Positions 27,185 to 36,919 of a stretch of 64,000 nucleotides of DNA are shown here, one piece after another. The DNA lies in NCBI GenBank assembly GCA_002790835.1, contig PFVX01000022.1:4308-68307 (forward strand), written 5' to 3'. The first letter of the stretch is position 1. Each line of letters starts with the position of its first letter. This DNA comes from a bacterium CG_4_9_14_3_um_filter_65_15 (GTDB lineage Bacteria > Krumholzibacteriota > Krumholzibacteriia > LZORAL124-64-63). Below the pieces are notes generated by a model. It saw nothing but the letters and a program-made list of their open reading frames with translations, searched no databases and was not told where the DNA came from. Position numbers and translations under genes: made by a program.

Positions 27185-28240
27185 TCAGGAGGAAAATACC
27201 AGGTGGGGATCGCCGGTTGCATGGGCGGTGACCTCGCCGATGACGGAGGCGGCAAGCACTCGGGATTCCTTTGTACCGGCGATCATCTCATCCAGCCGAT
27301 CGGCGGCCACGGCCACGAGCAAGCCGCCGCTGGTCTGCGGATCGTTGAGCAGACCGATCATGTCCTCGCCCAATTCCTGGGCGTAGCGGATCCGACCGGC
27401 GGTGAACCGGGAGTTGGAAACCGTTCCCCCGCAGGTGAAACCCTGGCCGCAGAATTCCACCGCATCGGGCAGCAGGGGCAGGGCGGAGCAGATGATGGTC
27501 AAGGTGGCATCCGACCCGGTTGCCATTTCCAGGGCATGGCCGGTGAGGCCGAAACCGGTCACGTCGGTGCAGGCGGAGGCGCCGAGGTCGAACAACCGCA
27601 TACCGATGTCGTTGAGCGTGGTCATGGTCGTGATCAAGGCTTCACTGTGGATTTCATTCAGCAGGCCCTTCTTCATGGCGGCCACCAGCGCGCCGGTCCC
27701 CAGGGGCTTGGTCAGGACCAGCTTGTCCCCGGGCCGGGCGGAGCTGTTGCGCAGCAGGCGGCGGGGATCCACCACGCCGGTCACGCTGAGCCCGAATTTG
27801 ACCTCCTCGTCGCGCACGGTGTGACCGCCGGCCACGGAGCAACCGGCCCGCCGACACACGTCGGCACCGCCGGCCAGGATCTCGCCCAGAACGGAGTTGG
27901 GCAGCCCGGCCGGGGGATACCCCAGCAGGTTCAGGGCCATCAGCGGGGTGGCGCCCATGGCGTAGATGTCGCTCAGGGAGTTGGCGGCGGCGACCTGTCC
28001 GAAGGTGAAAGGATCGTCCACCACCGGAGTGATGAAGTCGGCGGTGGATACCACGGCCCGCTCGGCGTCCAGACGGTAGACTCCGGCGTCGTCCGCCGTC
28101 TCGAATCCGACCAGCAGGTCGTCCGAGTTGGTGGCTTGAATGGATCCCAGGATTTCGCTCAAGTCCCCCGGACTCAATTTGGCCGCTCAGCCGGCGCTTT
28201 TGGCGAAGCGAGTCAGGGCGATTCGTTGGGATTCGCGCAT
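27185..28240 (-). CDS. selD: Selenide, water dikinase (selenophosphate synthetase), selenocysteine-containing
   Basis: AAGGAGG RBS and ATG at 28240 give MRESQRIALTRFAKSAG-TGA-AAKLSPG, with the in-frame TGA (28187-28189) at the catalytic Cys/Sec site. DDAGV, ANSLSDIYAMG, GGHT, DVTGFGL and DPQTSGGLL follow. Confidence 0.95.
28159..28177 (-). promoter_or_regulatory. Candidate bacterial SECIS hairpin of selD
   Basis: TTGAGTCC-GGG-GGACTTGA starts ~10 nt 3' of the UGA and has a G-containing apical loop. Confidence 0.55.
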
Positions 28241-28463
28241 GGTTTTTCACCTCCTTTCCTCGGACAGATTACCGCTAACCGGTTGATTGTCAACCCCCTC
28301 CATTGATAACTGGTTATCTGTATCATAATAAATAATCAAATAGTAAAGAAAATGAATTGACAAAATCATACTCCTTTAGGATGGTATTAGCGGCCCGGAG
28401 CGCGGCGTCCCCCTCCCGCCCGGATCTCAAGGTCATGGGAATCCCCTTCCCAGCGGCCCCCCA

Positions 28464-29555
28464 ATGAGAGGAGCTTGCCATGTCAAGCCGGATATCTCGC
28501 CCATCCTACTGATCCTCCTGTTCACCCTCATTCTCCTCGTCGGAAAGGCGCCTTCAAGTCGCGCCTGGGCATCCGGGGATTTCGTCCTGCTTGTCAACAA
28601 CGACCTGGGCATGCACTGCATGAACCAGAGCCACAAGTACCTGTCCATCCTGCCGCCTTACAACAATCTCCAGGCCCAGATCATTCTCAAGGGTGACGCC
28701 ACCCGCAAGCCGCGAATCATCACCGGGACATACATCACCGGTTCGGAGCTGACCTACTCCATTCCCGGCAACACCTACTCCGTGGGCAAGACCGATTTCT
28801 GGACCTACGACCAACACCTGTTCGGGGTCGACCTGCCGGACAACGTCGGCCTGACCGGCAACGGTCTGACGGGATCCTTCACCCCGATCGCCAACGGGTT
28901 CATCGCCACCGGGATTCCGGTGACGCCGTTCCCCGACGCCACACCGACCGTTGAGCATCCGTACCAGAAGGCCTTGATCGAACTGACGGATTCCGACGGC
29001 ACCGTGCTGGTCCGAAGCACACCGGTGATCCCGGTCTCGGTGGAAGTGAACTGCGTGACCAGCGGACTCCGGGGTTGGCCGCGTGTCAGCACTGCCATCC
29101 CGGGCCCAACACCCGCTGCCTGCGCGGCACCATGGCCAATGACCACAACATGATCTGCCCGGATTGCCGCGGCACCATGGCCAACGTGGCCAGCACCATC
29201 CGCAACGGCCGCATTCCCTGGCTCGAGGAGCCGGCCTGCAGTTCCTGCCATACGAGCCGGTACGGCGAACCTGCGGGCAAGCTGTACCGCAACTCCCGCG
29301 GCCACGGCGGGGTGATGTGCACGGGCTGCCACAACAGTCCCCACGCCATCTTCCCCAGCCGCGAAGAGAACGACAACCAGGTCATGGTCGATCTGCAGGG
29401 ACACGCGGGCACGCTCAGCGATTGCACCGTGTGCCATGGCATCACTCCCTCGGGTGACGGACCGCAGCGGACGCAACGTTTCCCCCGGCGTGTACTTCGT
29501 GCGCCGGGACGACGGCAGCACCCATGCGGCCGGCAAGATCGTGGTGGTCAACTGA
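28464..29555 (+). pseudogene. Degraded secreted multiheme cytochrome c with a FlgD-type C-terminal tail
   Basis: Frame 1: signal peptide and NDLGMHCM, breaking at VNCVTSG. Frame 2: CQHCH, CPDCR (mutated), CSSCH, CTGCH, CTVCH. A further frame change gives TDRSGRNVSPGVYFVR...GKIVVVN*. Confidence 0.75.
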
Positions 29556-29626
29556 GCCTCCGGGGGAGCCGTCGGGCCACCTGGAGAAGGACTGGATGGT
29601 TCCCCATGATGTTTGTTCGTCCTGTG

Positions 29627-29660
29627 AAAAAGCCCGATCCCCATGCGGGGGACCGGGCTT
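29627..29660 (-). terminator. Rho-independent terminator after glnS
   Basis: Minus strand AAGCCCGGTCCCC-loop-GGGGATCGGGCTTTTT. Confidence 0.75.
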
Positions 29661-29680
29661 GGGAAAGGATGGCATGGCCG

Positions 29681-31444
29681 CTAACCCGTCTTGCCGCCCG
29701 CCTCCAACTTGGCCCAGCTGTCCTTGAGGGTCACGGTGCGGTTGAACACCGGGCGACCGGGCTGGGAATCCTGCGGGTCGGCGAAGAAATACCCCTGCCG
29801 CATGAACTGGCAGCGGTATCCGGGCTCGACGCCGCCCAGTCCCGGTTCCAGCTTGCACCCCGTCAGCACTTCCAGGGAATTCGGGTTCAGGTTGTCGAGG
29901 TAGTTGCCGCCCTGATCGGGGAAGGGCTCGCGGAACAGGTTGTCGTAGAGCCGGACCTCGGCGTCCACCGCGTGATCGGCGGAGACCCAGTGCAGGGTGC
30001 CCTTGACCTTGCGCCCGTCGGGCGAGTCGCCGCCGCGGGTCTCGGGATCGTAGGAGCAGCGAAGTTCGACCACTTCGCCGGTGTCCGGGTCCTTGACTAC
30101 CGCGTCGCAGGTGATGAAGTAGGCGTGCTTCAGACGCACCTCGGCGCCGGGCTTGAGGCGGAAGAACTTGCGCGGGGCCTCCTCGCGGAAGTCGTCCTGC
30201 TCGATCCAGATTTCACGGCTGAAGGGCACTTCGCGCGTCCCGGAAGCGGGATCCTCGGGGTTGTTCACGCACTCGATCTGCTCGACCTGACCCTCGGGAT
30301 AGTTGGTGATGACGACCTTCAACGGCCTGAGCACGGCCATCACCCGGTCGGCGGTCTGGTTCAGCTCCTCGCGCAGCGCCCACTTGAGCAGGTCCAGATC
30401 CACGGTGGAGCTTCGCTTGGCGATGCCGATCCGCTCGTTGAAGTTGCGGATGGACGAGGGCGTGTAGCCCAGGCGCCGCAGCCCGCTGATGGTGGGCATG
30501 CGGGGGTCGTCCCAGCCCGAGACGTGGCCCTCCTGCACCAGCTTCAACAGCTTGCGCTTGCTCATCACGGTGTAGGTCAGGTTCAGGCGGGCGAACTCGA
30601 TCTGCCTGGGTTTGTGCGGCACCGGCAGGTTCTCGATGAACCAGTCGTACAGCGGCCGGTTGACCTCGAACTCCAGGGTGCAGATCGAATGGGTGATGCC
30701 TTCGATGGCATCGCTCTGGCCGTGGGCGAAATCATAGAACGGGTAGATGCACCACTGGTCGCCGGTGCGGTGGTGATGGACCTTGCGGATCCGGTAGAGC
30801 AGGGGGTCGCGCATCTTCATGTTGGAATGGGCCATGTCGATCTTGGCCCGCAGGGTGTACTGGCCCTCGTCGAACTCGCCGTTCTTCATGCCCTCGAACA
30901 GGCGCAGGCTTTCCTCCGCAGGGCGCTCGCGATCGGGGCTGGGTCTTCCGGGTTCGGTGACCGTCCCGCGATAGGCGCGCACATCCTCCAGGGACTGGCT
31001 GCAGACGAAGGCCTTGCCCGCGGTGATCAGGTGGACCGCCCAGGCGTAGAGCTGGTCGAAGTAGTCGCTGGCGAAGAACTCGCGGTCTTCCCAGTCGGCG
31101 CCCAGCCAGCGCAGGTCAGCCTTGATCGATTCGACGTACTCCGTCTCTTCCTTCTCGGGATTGGTGTCGTCGAAGCGCAGGTTGAACTTGCCGCCGAATT
31201 CCTGGGCGATGCCATAGTTCAGCAGGATGGCCTTGGAATGGCCGATGTGGAGGTAGCCGTTGGGCTCGGGGGGAAAGCGCGTGTGGACCCGGCCCTCGTT
31301 GCGTCCGGCGGCCAGATCGTCTTTGACGATGGCGCGGATGAAGTCCACGTTCTCGTTTTCCTGCTCCCGGTCGGGAACCGGAGCGCCGGTTTTGCGGTCG
31401 TCGTTCATGTCGCCGGAACCATCTTCTGCTGGGGTGGACGCCAT
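29681..31444 (-). CDS. glnS: Glutamine--tRNA ligase
   Basis: [37 protein letters not shown] and [10 protein letters not shown]; no YqeY tail. Start could be 31408. Confidence 0.97.
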   Translation of the reverse strand: MASTPAEDGSGDMNDDRKTGAPVPDREQENENVDFIRAIVKDDLAAGRNEGRVHTRFPPEPNGYLHIGHSKAILLNYGIAQEFGGKFNLRFDDTNPEKEETEYVESIKADLRWLGADWEDREFFASDYFDQLYAWAVHLITAGKAFVCSQSLEDVRAYRGTVTEPGRPSPDRERPAEESLRLFEGMKNGEFDEGQYTLRAKIDMAHSNMKMRDPLLYRIRKVHHHRTGDQWCIYPFYDFAHGQSDAIEGITHSICTLEFEVNRPLYDWFIENLPVPHKPRQIEFARLNLTYTVMSKRKLLKLVQEGHVSGWDDPRMPTISGLRRLGYTPSSIRNFNERIGIAKRSSTVDLDLLKWALREELNQTADRVMAVLRPLKVVITNYPEGQVEQIECVNNPEDPASGTREVPFSREIWIEQDDFREEAPRKFFRLKPGAEVRLKHAYFITCDAVVKDPDTGEVVELRCSYDPETRGGDSPDGRKVKGTLHWVSADHAVDAEVRLYDNLFREPFPDQGGNYLDNLNPNSLEVLTGCKLEPGLGGVEPGYRCQFMRQGYFFADPQDSQPGRPVFNRTVTLKDSWAKLEAGGKTG

Positions 31445-31521
31445 GGCCCCTTGCGGGAACCGGAGGCTTCAAGCTAATTCCCAGCATACCGGATGTCCAC
31501 GCCTCATGCCAAGGAGACCCC

Positions 31522-32298
31522 ATGTCCCTGCGAACCCACATCCACCACGGATGGGCCGAACTGGTGCTTGCGGACCCTCCCCGCAACGTTTTGCACGCGG
31601 ACCTGCTGCGGGGTCTGGCCGAAACCCTCGTTGAACTGGCCGCGGAGGCTCCGGTGTTATTGCTGCGATCCCAGGGCCGACATTTTTCCACCGGTTACCC
31701 GATCGGAGACATTCCCGAGGAGATCTTCCACGAGGATGCCGAGGTGCGGGCGGCCACCCCGTTCGAAACGGTCATGCAGCGTCTGGTGGACTATCCGGCG
31801 CCGGTGATCATGGCGGTGCAGGGCGACGCCTGGGGCGGGGCGGTGGAGATGCTGGCCTGCGCCGACCTCCGCGTGGCGGCCGCAGGGGTGCGGGTCGCGC
31901 TGACGCCGGCGCGACTGGGCCTGATCTACAGCCACACCGGATTGCGCCGCCTGGGGCGGGCTCTCGGCTCGCCTTTGTTGCGGGAGATGGTCCTGACGGG
32001 GTTGCCGGTGACGACGGACCGGTTGGAACGGACGGGATTCTTCAGCCGCGTGGTCACGGCCGAGGATCTGGAATCCTGCACGGGGGAAATGGTCGACGCC
32101 GTGCTGTGCGGCGGGCCCCAGGCCCTGCGGGGCACGCGCCACGTGCTGCGGATCCTTGAGGAGACCGAAAACTTGGCCCAGGAAGAGCTGGCGAAGATCG
32201 CCCGATTGCGGCACCGGTCGCGCCTGAGCGCGGAGTTCAATGATGCCCAGGCGGCGTTTCTGGAGGGCCGCCCGTCACCTTTTCGCAAAGGTGAATGA
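31522..32298 (+). CDS. Enoyl-CoA hydratase/isomerase (crotonase) family protein
   Basis: HFSTG, PVIMAVQGDAWGGAVEM and AFLEGRPSPF; AAGGAG RBS. Confidence 0.88.
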   Translation: MSLRTHIHHGWAELVLADPPRNVLHADLLRGLAETLVELAAEAPVLLLRSQGRHFSTGYPIGDIPEEIFHEDAEVRAATPFETVMQRLVDYPAPVIMAVQGDAWGGAVEMLACADLRVAAAGVRVALTPARLGLIYSHTGLRRLGRALGSPLLREMVLTGLPVTTDRLERTGFFSRVVTAEDLESCTGEMVDAVLCGGPQALRGTRHVLRILEETENLAQEELAKIARLRHRSRLSAEFNDAQAAFLEGRPSPFRKGE

Positions 32299-32304
32299 GA
32301 CTGC

Positions 32305-33645
32305 TCAGAAGTTGAAACGGTCCATGAACTCGAAGCCCCATTTACCGCTGCTGGTGCGGGCGGCCTCGAAGCGCAGCTGCAGGGTGTCGAGGTTCAGGTG
32401 CAGCCCGGCGCCGGCGCTCTGAATGGCGCGGCCCGGGTCGTCTCCGTCGAACCACGCGTCTCCCGCGTCGCCGAAAAAGTGGATGCCCACGCCCACCAGT
32501 TCTCCCTGGGGCGAGATCGGCATCAGGAACAGCGGTACCCGATACTCCGCCGACAGCAGATACCCGTGCTCTCCTTCGCGTTGGCCGAAGGGGTAGCCGC
32601 GCACGGTTTCCGGTCCCCCGAAGAAGAGCGTGTTGTCCAGTTGCGTGGGCCCGTCCGTCGACCGTCCCCAGGCGTGGACCGCCAGGATGTGGTGCTTCCA
32701 GGGCAGGGGGACGAAGACGCGTCCGTCCAGGGACGATTCGAGATAGGAGGCGAAGTCGTCGCTGGACCAACTGCGCAGGCGAGCCTCGAGGAAGACTCCC
32801 CGCCGGGGGTAATAGGGATTGCTGCGGGAATCCACGCCGACGGCACCTTCGACCCGCCAGTACCCTTCGGTGTGAGCGGAGTAGGCAGCGGCACCGGGAG
32901 CCGGGGGGTCGTTGTCCCGCAGGGGGAGGGCCCAGGCGTAGTCGTCCCGCTGCTCGAAGCTTCCGCGTGCCACCCCGGCGGCGGCGAAGAAGGGACCCCA
33001 GGCGTTGCGGATGGCGGCGGCCGCCTCCCACTTGCGAAAACGGGTGGGCCGGAAGGCGAAATCGGCCTGCTCGTAGCCTGCCTCGAGGTGCGCGGATAGG
33101 CCCGTGCGACCGAGGAACCAGGGCCGGTCCCAGGTCAGATGCCCCTGCTGCGCGTAGAGCCCGATTCCCTCGATGCGCAGGTTCTCGCCGTGGCCGCGGA
33201 AGTTCCGCTGCTCGACATAGGCGCCCAACAGGTACTTGAAGCGGCGGTCGTAGCGGACAATGGGGCCGTAGTAGGTCTTCAGATCCTCCTCGACGGTGAT
33301 CTCGAGCACGGCCTCGTCTTCGGTGTCGTCGTAGTCCACGTCAACGGTGCGGAAGAACCCCGAATCCTCCAGCCGGTCCCAGGCCGCTTCCACGTCCTTT
33401 TGCGTGACGGGTTCGCCGATTCCCAATCCCATGATCCGCAGGATGACGGTCTCGTCCGTGTGGTGGTTGCCGTGGATGATGACTTGTCCCAGCGCGAGTG
33501 ATTCTCGGTCGTGCAGGGGAAAGGAGAAGGTCTCCGGTGCGGATTGGGCGCAGACGGGGACGGCAAGCGATCCCGCCATGACGCAAACCAGCACGGGAAT
33601 GAGCACGGGGGCGGCGAGGGAACGCCATTTCAGGGAAGCGGACAT
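32305..33645 (-). CDS. Omp85/BamA-TamA family outer-membrane protein with one POTRA domain
   Basis: Signal peptide, POTRA (GNHHTDETVILR...RLEDSGFF), GGPETVRGY, SAEYRVP, FGDAG and C-terminal Phe. Confidence 0.85.
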   Translation of the reverse strand: MSASLKWRSLAAPVLIPVLVCVMAGSLAVPVCAQSAPETFSFPLHDRESLALGQVIIHGNHHTDETVILRIMGLGIGEPVTQKDVEAAWDRLEDSGFFRTVDVDYDDTEDEAVLEITVEEDLKTYYGPIVRYDRRFKYLLGAYVEQRNFRGHGENLRIEGIGLYAQQGHLTWDRPWFLGRTGLSAHLEAGYEQADFAFRPTRFRKWEAAAAIRNAWGPFFAAAGVARGSFEQRDDYAWALPLRDNDPPAPGAAAYSAHTEGYWRVEGAVGVDSRSNPYYPRRGVFLEARLRSWSSDDFASYLESSLDGRVFVPLPWKHHILAVHAWGRSTDGPTQLDNTLFFGGPETVRGYPFGQREGEHGYLLSAEYRVPLFLMPISPQGELVGVGIHFFGDAGDAWFDGDDPGRAIQSAGAGLHLNLDTLQLRFEAARTSSGKWGFEFMDRFNF

Positions 33646-33687
33646 GGTTCACCAGGTTGACGAGGGCGGACGATTGCCGGGAACACC

Positions 33688-34416
33688 TCAATTATGCCTG
33701 AGGTCTTCCCTTTGTCCAGCAGTCTCCGTCGGGCTGGGGCCCTCCTCGCCGACGGAATGGCTGTTTCCGGGGGCGTAAAGGGACAGCCGGATACAGGTCA
33801 GCCCGCAGGGTCCGAGATCCTGCTCCAGGATTTGCGGACCCAGGTCCACCAATCTGTTCTGGAGAGCGGCGAAATCCGAGGACGCCAAACCGCCAAGGGC
33901 GCAGGTCAGGGCGCGCGGCAGGCTCGCGCGCAGAAGCTGATCCACGAGACGACCCACGAAGGCGGGGTCGATGCATTTGTTGCCGGCCAGGAAGGTGGTG
34001 AAGAAGGCTCGCGGGTCGGCGATGGCGACCTCGGCGTTGCCCATGAGAGAGCAACCGGCTCCATTGTCCCAGAGCAGGGGGTCGGACCGGGACCAGGCGA
34101 ATTGCAGGTTTTCGCTTTGGTCCAGGAAGATCACGTGCTGGTCCGGGGCGATGGAGCCGGGCCCGGTTCCCACGGGTAGCAGATGGCGGCCCGCCGAGAG
34201 GAACCGGGACAGGCGGCTCCCCTCGGTGACCAGGGCCACCTGGTCTGCGCGAAGGTCCAATTGGATGGTGCGGCCGCGAAAGAAGCCCAGGTCCAGGGGG
34301 CCCTGCAGCGCGCCTTGATGGGGATCCAGCGACCAGGCCACCACATCGTCCTGGGCCGCGGATAAGGTCAGGGTCGTGACAGGTGTCTCGAAGTCGATGA
34401 GGGTCGGCCGTGGCAT
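33688..34416 (-). CDS. Divergent SPFH/Band-7 (YdjI-like) domain protein
   Basis: GAAGGAG RBS before MPRPTLIDF; DQVALVTEG...AGRHLL, VIFLD, IADPRAF and LGPCGLTC resemble the SPFH_1 fold. Confidence 0.55.
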   Translation of the reverse strand: MPRPTLIDFETPVTTLTLSAAQDDVVAWSLDPHQGALQGPLDLGFFRGRTIQLDLRADQVALVTEGSRLSRFLSAGRHLLPVGTGPGSIAPDQHVIFLDQSENLQFAWSRSDPLLWDNGAGCSLMGNAEVAIADPRAFFTTFLAGNKCIDPAFVGRLVDQLLRASLPRALTCALGGLASSDFAALQNRLVDLGPQILEQDLGPCGLTCIRLSLYAPGNSHSVGEEGPSPTETAGQREDLRHN

Positions 34417-34445
34417 GTTGACTCCTTCATCCGGATCACCCGCAG

Positions 34446-34964
34446 CTAGCGCGGTGTGAATTCCGATTCCCAACCCAACCCGAGCAGGTAGTTCCGCTCT
34501 TCGGTCACTTCGCTGAAGGCTGCCAGATCCTGCGACAAGATGGCGGCCTCGGTCTTGAACCAGCTGGACGCGGGTACTCCGGTTTCCAGCCGGTGCACCA
34601 GGGTCAGGGCTTCCTCGATCAGGATGATCAGCCGCACGTCCAGCCCTTCGAGTTCACCGATGGTGGTGTCGTGGTCGCCGACCAGGCACACCAGGCCCTC
34701 GCGGTCCAGGCGGCGGAAGATCACCCCGATGCGATCCACCAGGCCGTCGATCATGCTCTCCATTTCCGAACTCAGGAACTGGGATTTCTTTTCGGCGATG
34801 CTGAGCAGGTACTCCCCACAGTCCTTGAGCATCAGGCCCAGGGCATGGCGGTACTCCCGTTCCTTGGCGGCGGCCTCGGAAGTGGTCCGGTAGTCCCGGT
34901 AATCGGGAATCTTCAGCATCAGCGCGGTCATCTCGGGAATGCTCATCCTGGCTGCTTGAAGCAT
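34446..34964 (-). CDS. Conserved helical hypothetical protein
   Basis: Host-like codon usage; KIPDYRDY...EREYR motif. Start is 34964 or 34946. Confidence 0.65.
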   Translation of the reverse strand: MLQAARMSIPEMTALMLKIPDYRDYRTTSEAAAKEREYRHALGLMLKDCGEYLLSIAEKKSQFLSSEMESMIDGLVDRIGVIFRRLDREGLVCLVGDHDTTIGELEGLDVRLIILIEEALTLVHRLETGVPASSWFKTEAAILSQDLAAFSEVTEERNYLLGLGWESEFTPR

Positions 34965-35269
34965 GGTGCAATTCTCCGGTTGTCGTTGCGTTCGCGGCAG
35001 TCCTTTGACGGAGTCGGGATGCGTGCTGCCCGCGCGGCCCCTCTCCACGACGGGAAACGGCAAGGAATATTCCGCAATCTCAAGAAATCATGGGAAGCGT
35101 CGGCAAGATTCACTCAAGGTGAAGAAATCAAATCAATTACGCTATTAAGGAGTTGAGCCGGAAGGTCGGTTATGCCCGGGGAATGGCCCGCTCAGGTGTC
35201 GCCGGCATGGCAAAGCGCAACTTGCGCCCGGCCGGGGAGGGCGAATCTGCAACATGGCCGCATCCGCGG

Positions 35270-36178
35270 TCAATCCTCGCGTCGAACGACCGGATTGCTC
35301 AGGCTGCCGATGCCCTCGATGGTGACGGTGACCGTGTCGCCGGGCTGCAGGAATACCGGGGGATCGCGGAAAACGCCCACGCCACCGGGGGTGCCGGTGG
35401 TGATGATGTCGCCGGGAAGCAGGGTCATGGTGCGACTGATATAGCTGATCAACTCGTCCACCGGGAAGATGAGGTTGTCGGTATTGCTGCTCTGCATGAG
35501 CTTGTCGTTCCAGTGACAGGTGATGGCCAAGCCCGAAGCCAGGGGGGGCAGCTCGTCCGTGGTCACCAGCCAGGGGCCGCAGGGGCCGCCGGTGTCCATG
35601 CTCTTGCCCCGGAAGAACTGCTTGTCGCTGTACTGGGCCTCGCGGTCGGAGACGTCGTTCATGCAGGTGAATCCGGCGATATGTTCGGGCGCCTGCCGCC
35701 TGGTGATCCCCCGGCCGGGTTTGCCGATGATCACGGCCAGTTCGGCTTCGGCATCCACCTGGGTCGCATCCGCCGGCAACTCGATGGGCAATTCGGGAGC
35801 CTGGAGGCACGACGGCGCCTTGGCGAACAGCAGCGGACGCTGGGGCAGGCGCTTGTTCTGCTCCTCGGCGTGGTCGTGGTAATTCAGGCCCACCGCGATG
35901 ATCTTCGACGGCAGGATCACCGGGGTCAGCAGGCGCGCCTGCCGGAGGTCGAAGTGCGGCAGGGTGGGCGCTATCCCTTTTTCCCATCGGGCGGCGATTT
36001 CCGCCGCCCGGGGCGCAAACTCCGCAAAGATGGTGCGCACGGAGGCGAGATCCGGCAGCATGAGGTGCAGGTTGCCCGGCAGCGAGGGCTGGCAGGCCAG
36101 CAGATCCAGCCCCACGGTATCGCTGAGGGCCAGGCCGGGGCGGGGCATGGTTCCCCGCTGATAGTTCAGGAGTTTCAT
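35270..36178 (-). CDS. Fumarylacetoacetate hydrolase family protein
   Basis: KIIAVGLNYHDH, DAEAELAVIIGK, NDVSDR, GKSMD and TGTPGGVG. Confidence 0.93.
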   Translation of the reverse strand: MKLLNYQRGTMPRPGLALSDTVGLDLLACQPSLPGNLHLMLPDLASVRTIFAEFAPRAAEIAARWEKGIAPTLPHFDLRQARLLTPVILPSKIIAVGLNYHDHAEEQNKRLPQRPLLFAKAPSCLQAPELPIELPADATQVDAEAELAVIIGKPGRGITRRQAPEHIAGFTCMNDVSDREAQYSDKQFFRGKSMDTGGPCGPWLVTTDELPPLASGLAITCHWNDKLMQSSNTDNLIFPVDELISYISRTMTLLPGDIITTGTPGGVGVFRDPPVFLQPGDTVTVTIEGIGSLSNPVVRRED

Positions 36179-36226
36179 GGCGGGATTATCGTCAGGACCG
36201 AGCGAAGCGTCTACCAGGAAATGCGC

Positions 36227-36257
36227 AAAAAAAAAGGGCCGGGTTGAACCCGGCCCT
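36227..36257 (-). terminator. Rho-independent terminator after hsp20
   Basis: GGGCCGGG stem followed by a run of nine T on the minus strand. Confidence 0.9.
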
Positions 36258-36283
36258 CGACCACAGCTTGATCGTCGCGGTGA

Positions 36284-36703
36284 TCAGTCTTCCTGGACGA
36301 CGTCGATGCGCCGCGGAAGGCTCTGCTCGCTCTTCGGCAGAGTGATACGCAGCACGCCTTTGTCCAGCTTGGCCTTGACCTGATCCTGGGCGATGGTGGT
36401 GCCCAGGCGGAAGGAGCGGCTGAAGCTGGCCCGCGCGGGGCGTTCCCGGCGCAGGGTCTTGAAGCCTTCGGGTGCCTCGGTTTCGGTCTTGGTGCTGACC
36501 CAGAGGGTCTGCTGGTCGAGGTTGAGTTCGAGATCCGCCGGGCTGACGCCGGGCATGTCCATGACGATCATGTAGTCCTTTTCGGCTTCGAGAATGTCGG
36601 CGCGCGGGGTCCACCGGGTCTCGCCGTCGGCCTCGATCCAGGGATCCATTTCCCCGTTCAAGGCGGCGTTCAGCATGCGGGTCACGGGTAGCAGGTTATT
36701 CAT
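36284..36703 (-). CDS. Hsp20/alpha-crystallin small heat-shock protein
   Basis: WTPRADILE, DMPGV, FSRSFRL and KGVLRITLPK; GAGGAGG RBS. Confidence 0.95.
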   Translation of the reverse strand: MNNLLPVTRMLNAALNGEMDPWIEADGETRWTPRADILEAEKDYMIVMDMPGVSPADLELNLDQQTLWVSTKTETEAPEGFKTLRRERPARASFSRSFRLGTTIAQDQVKAKLDKGVLRITLPKSEQSLPRRIDVVQED

Positions 36704-36919
36704 TTCTGGTCCTCCTCGGGTTTGTATGGTACTTGTGGTGCCGGTGTCGGCCCATTGTGCTTCCGGGCACCAAGCCTCGGTTTCACACCCTTGATAACAA
36801 TGAGCGTGCCCAAATTGAGCCCACTGCGCGGTCTTGCTTCTAATTTATTCAATAACAATATGATAACCATCCCGTGGTCGGGGTCTGTCCGCATCTCATG
36901 CCGGAAACCAGCGGGGAGC

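Noticed and set aside
27185-28177. selD as a 330-aa gene or a nonsense pseudogene
   Set aside because: The upstream RBS/ATG and a TGA exactly at the catalytic position indicate selenocysteine readthrough.
29075-31477. 800-aa 'multiheme' ORF
   Set aside because: Only the first ~130 aa are cytochrome remnant; the rest is the antisense shadow of glnS.
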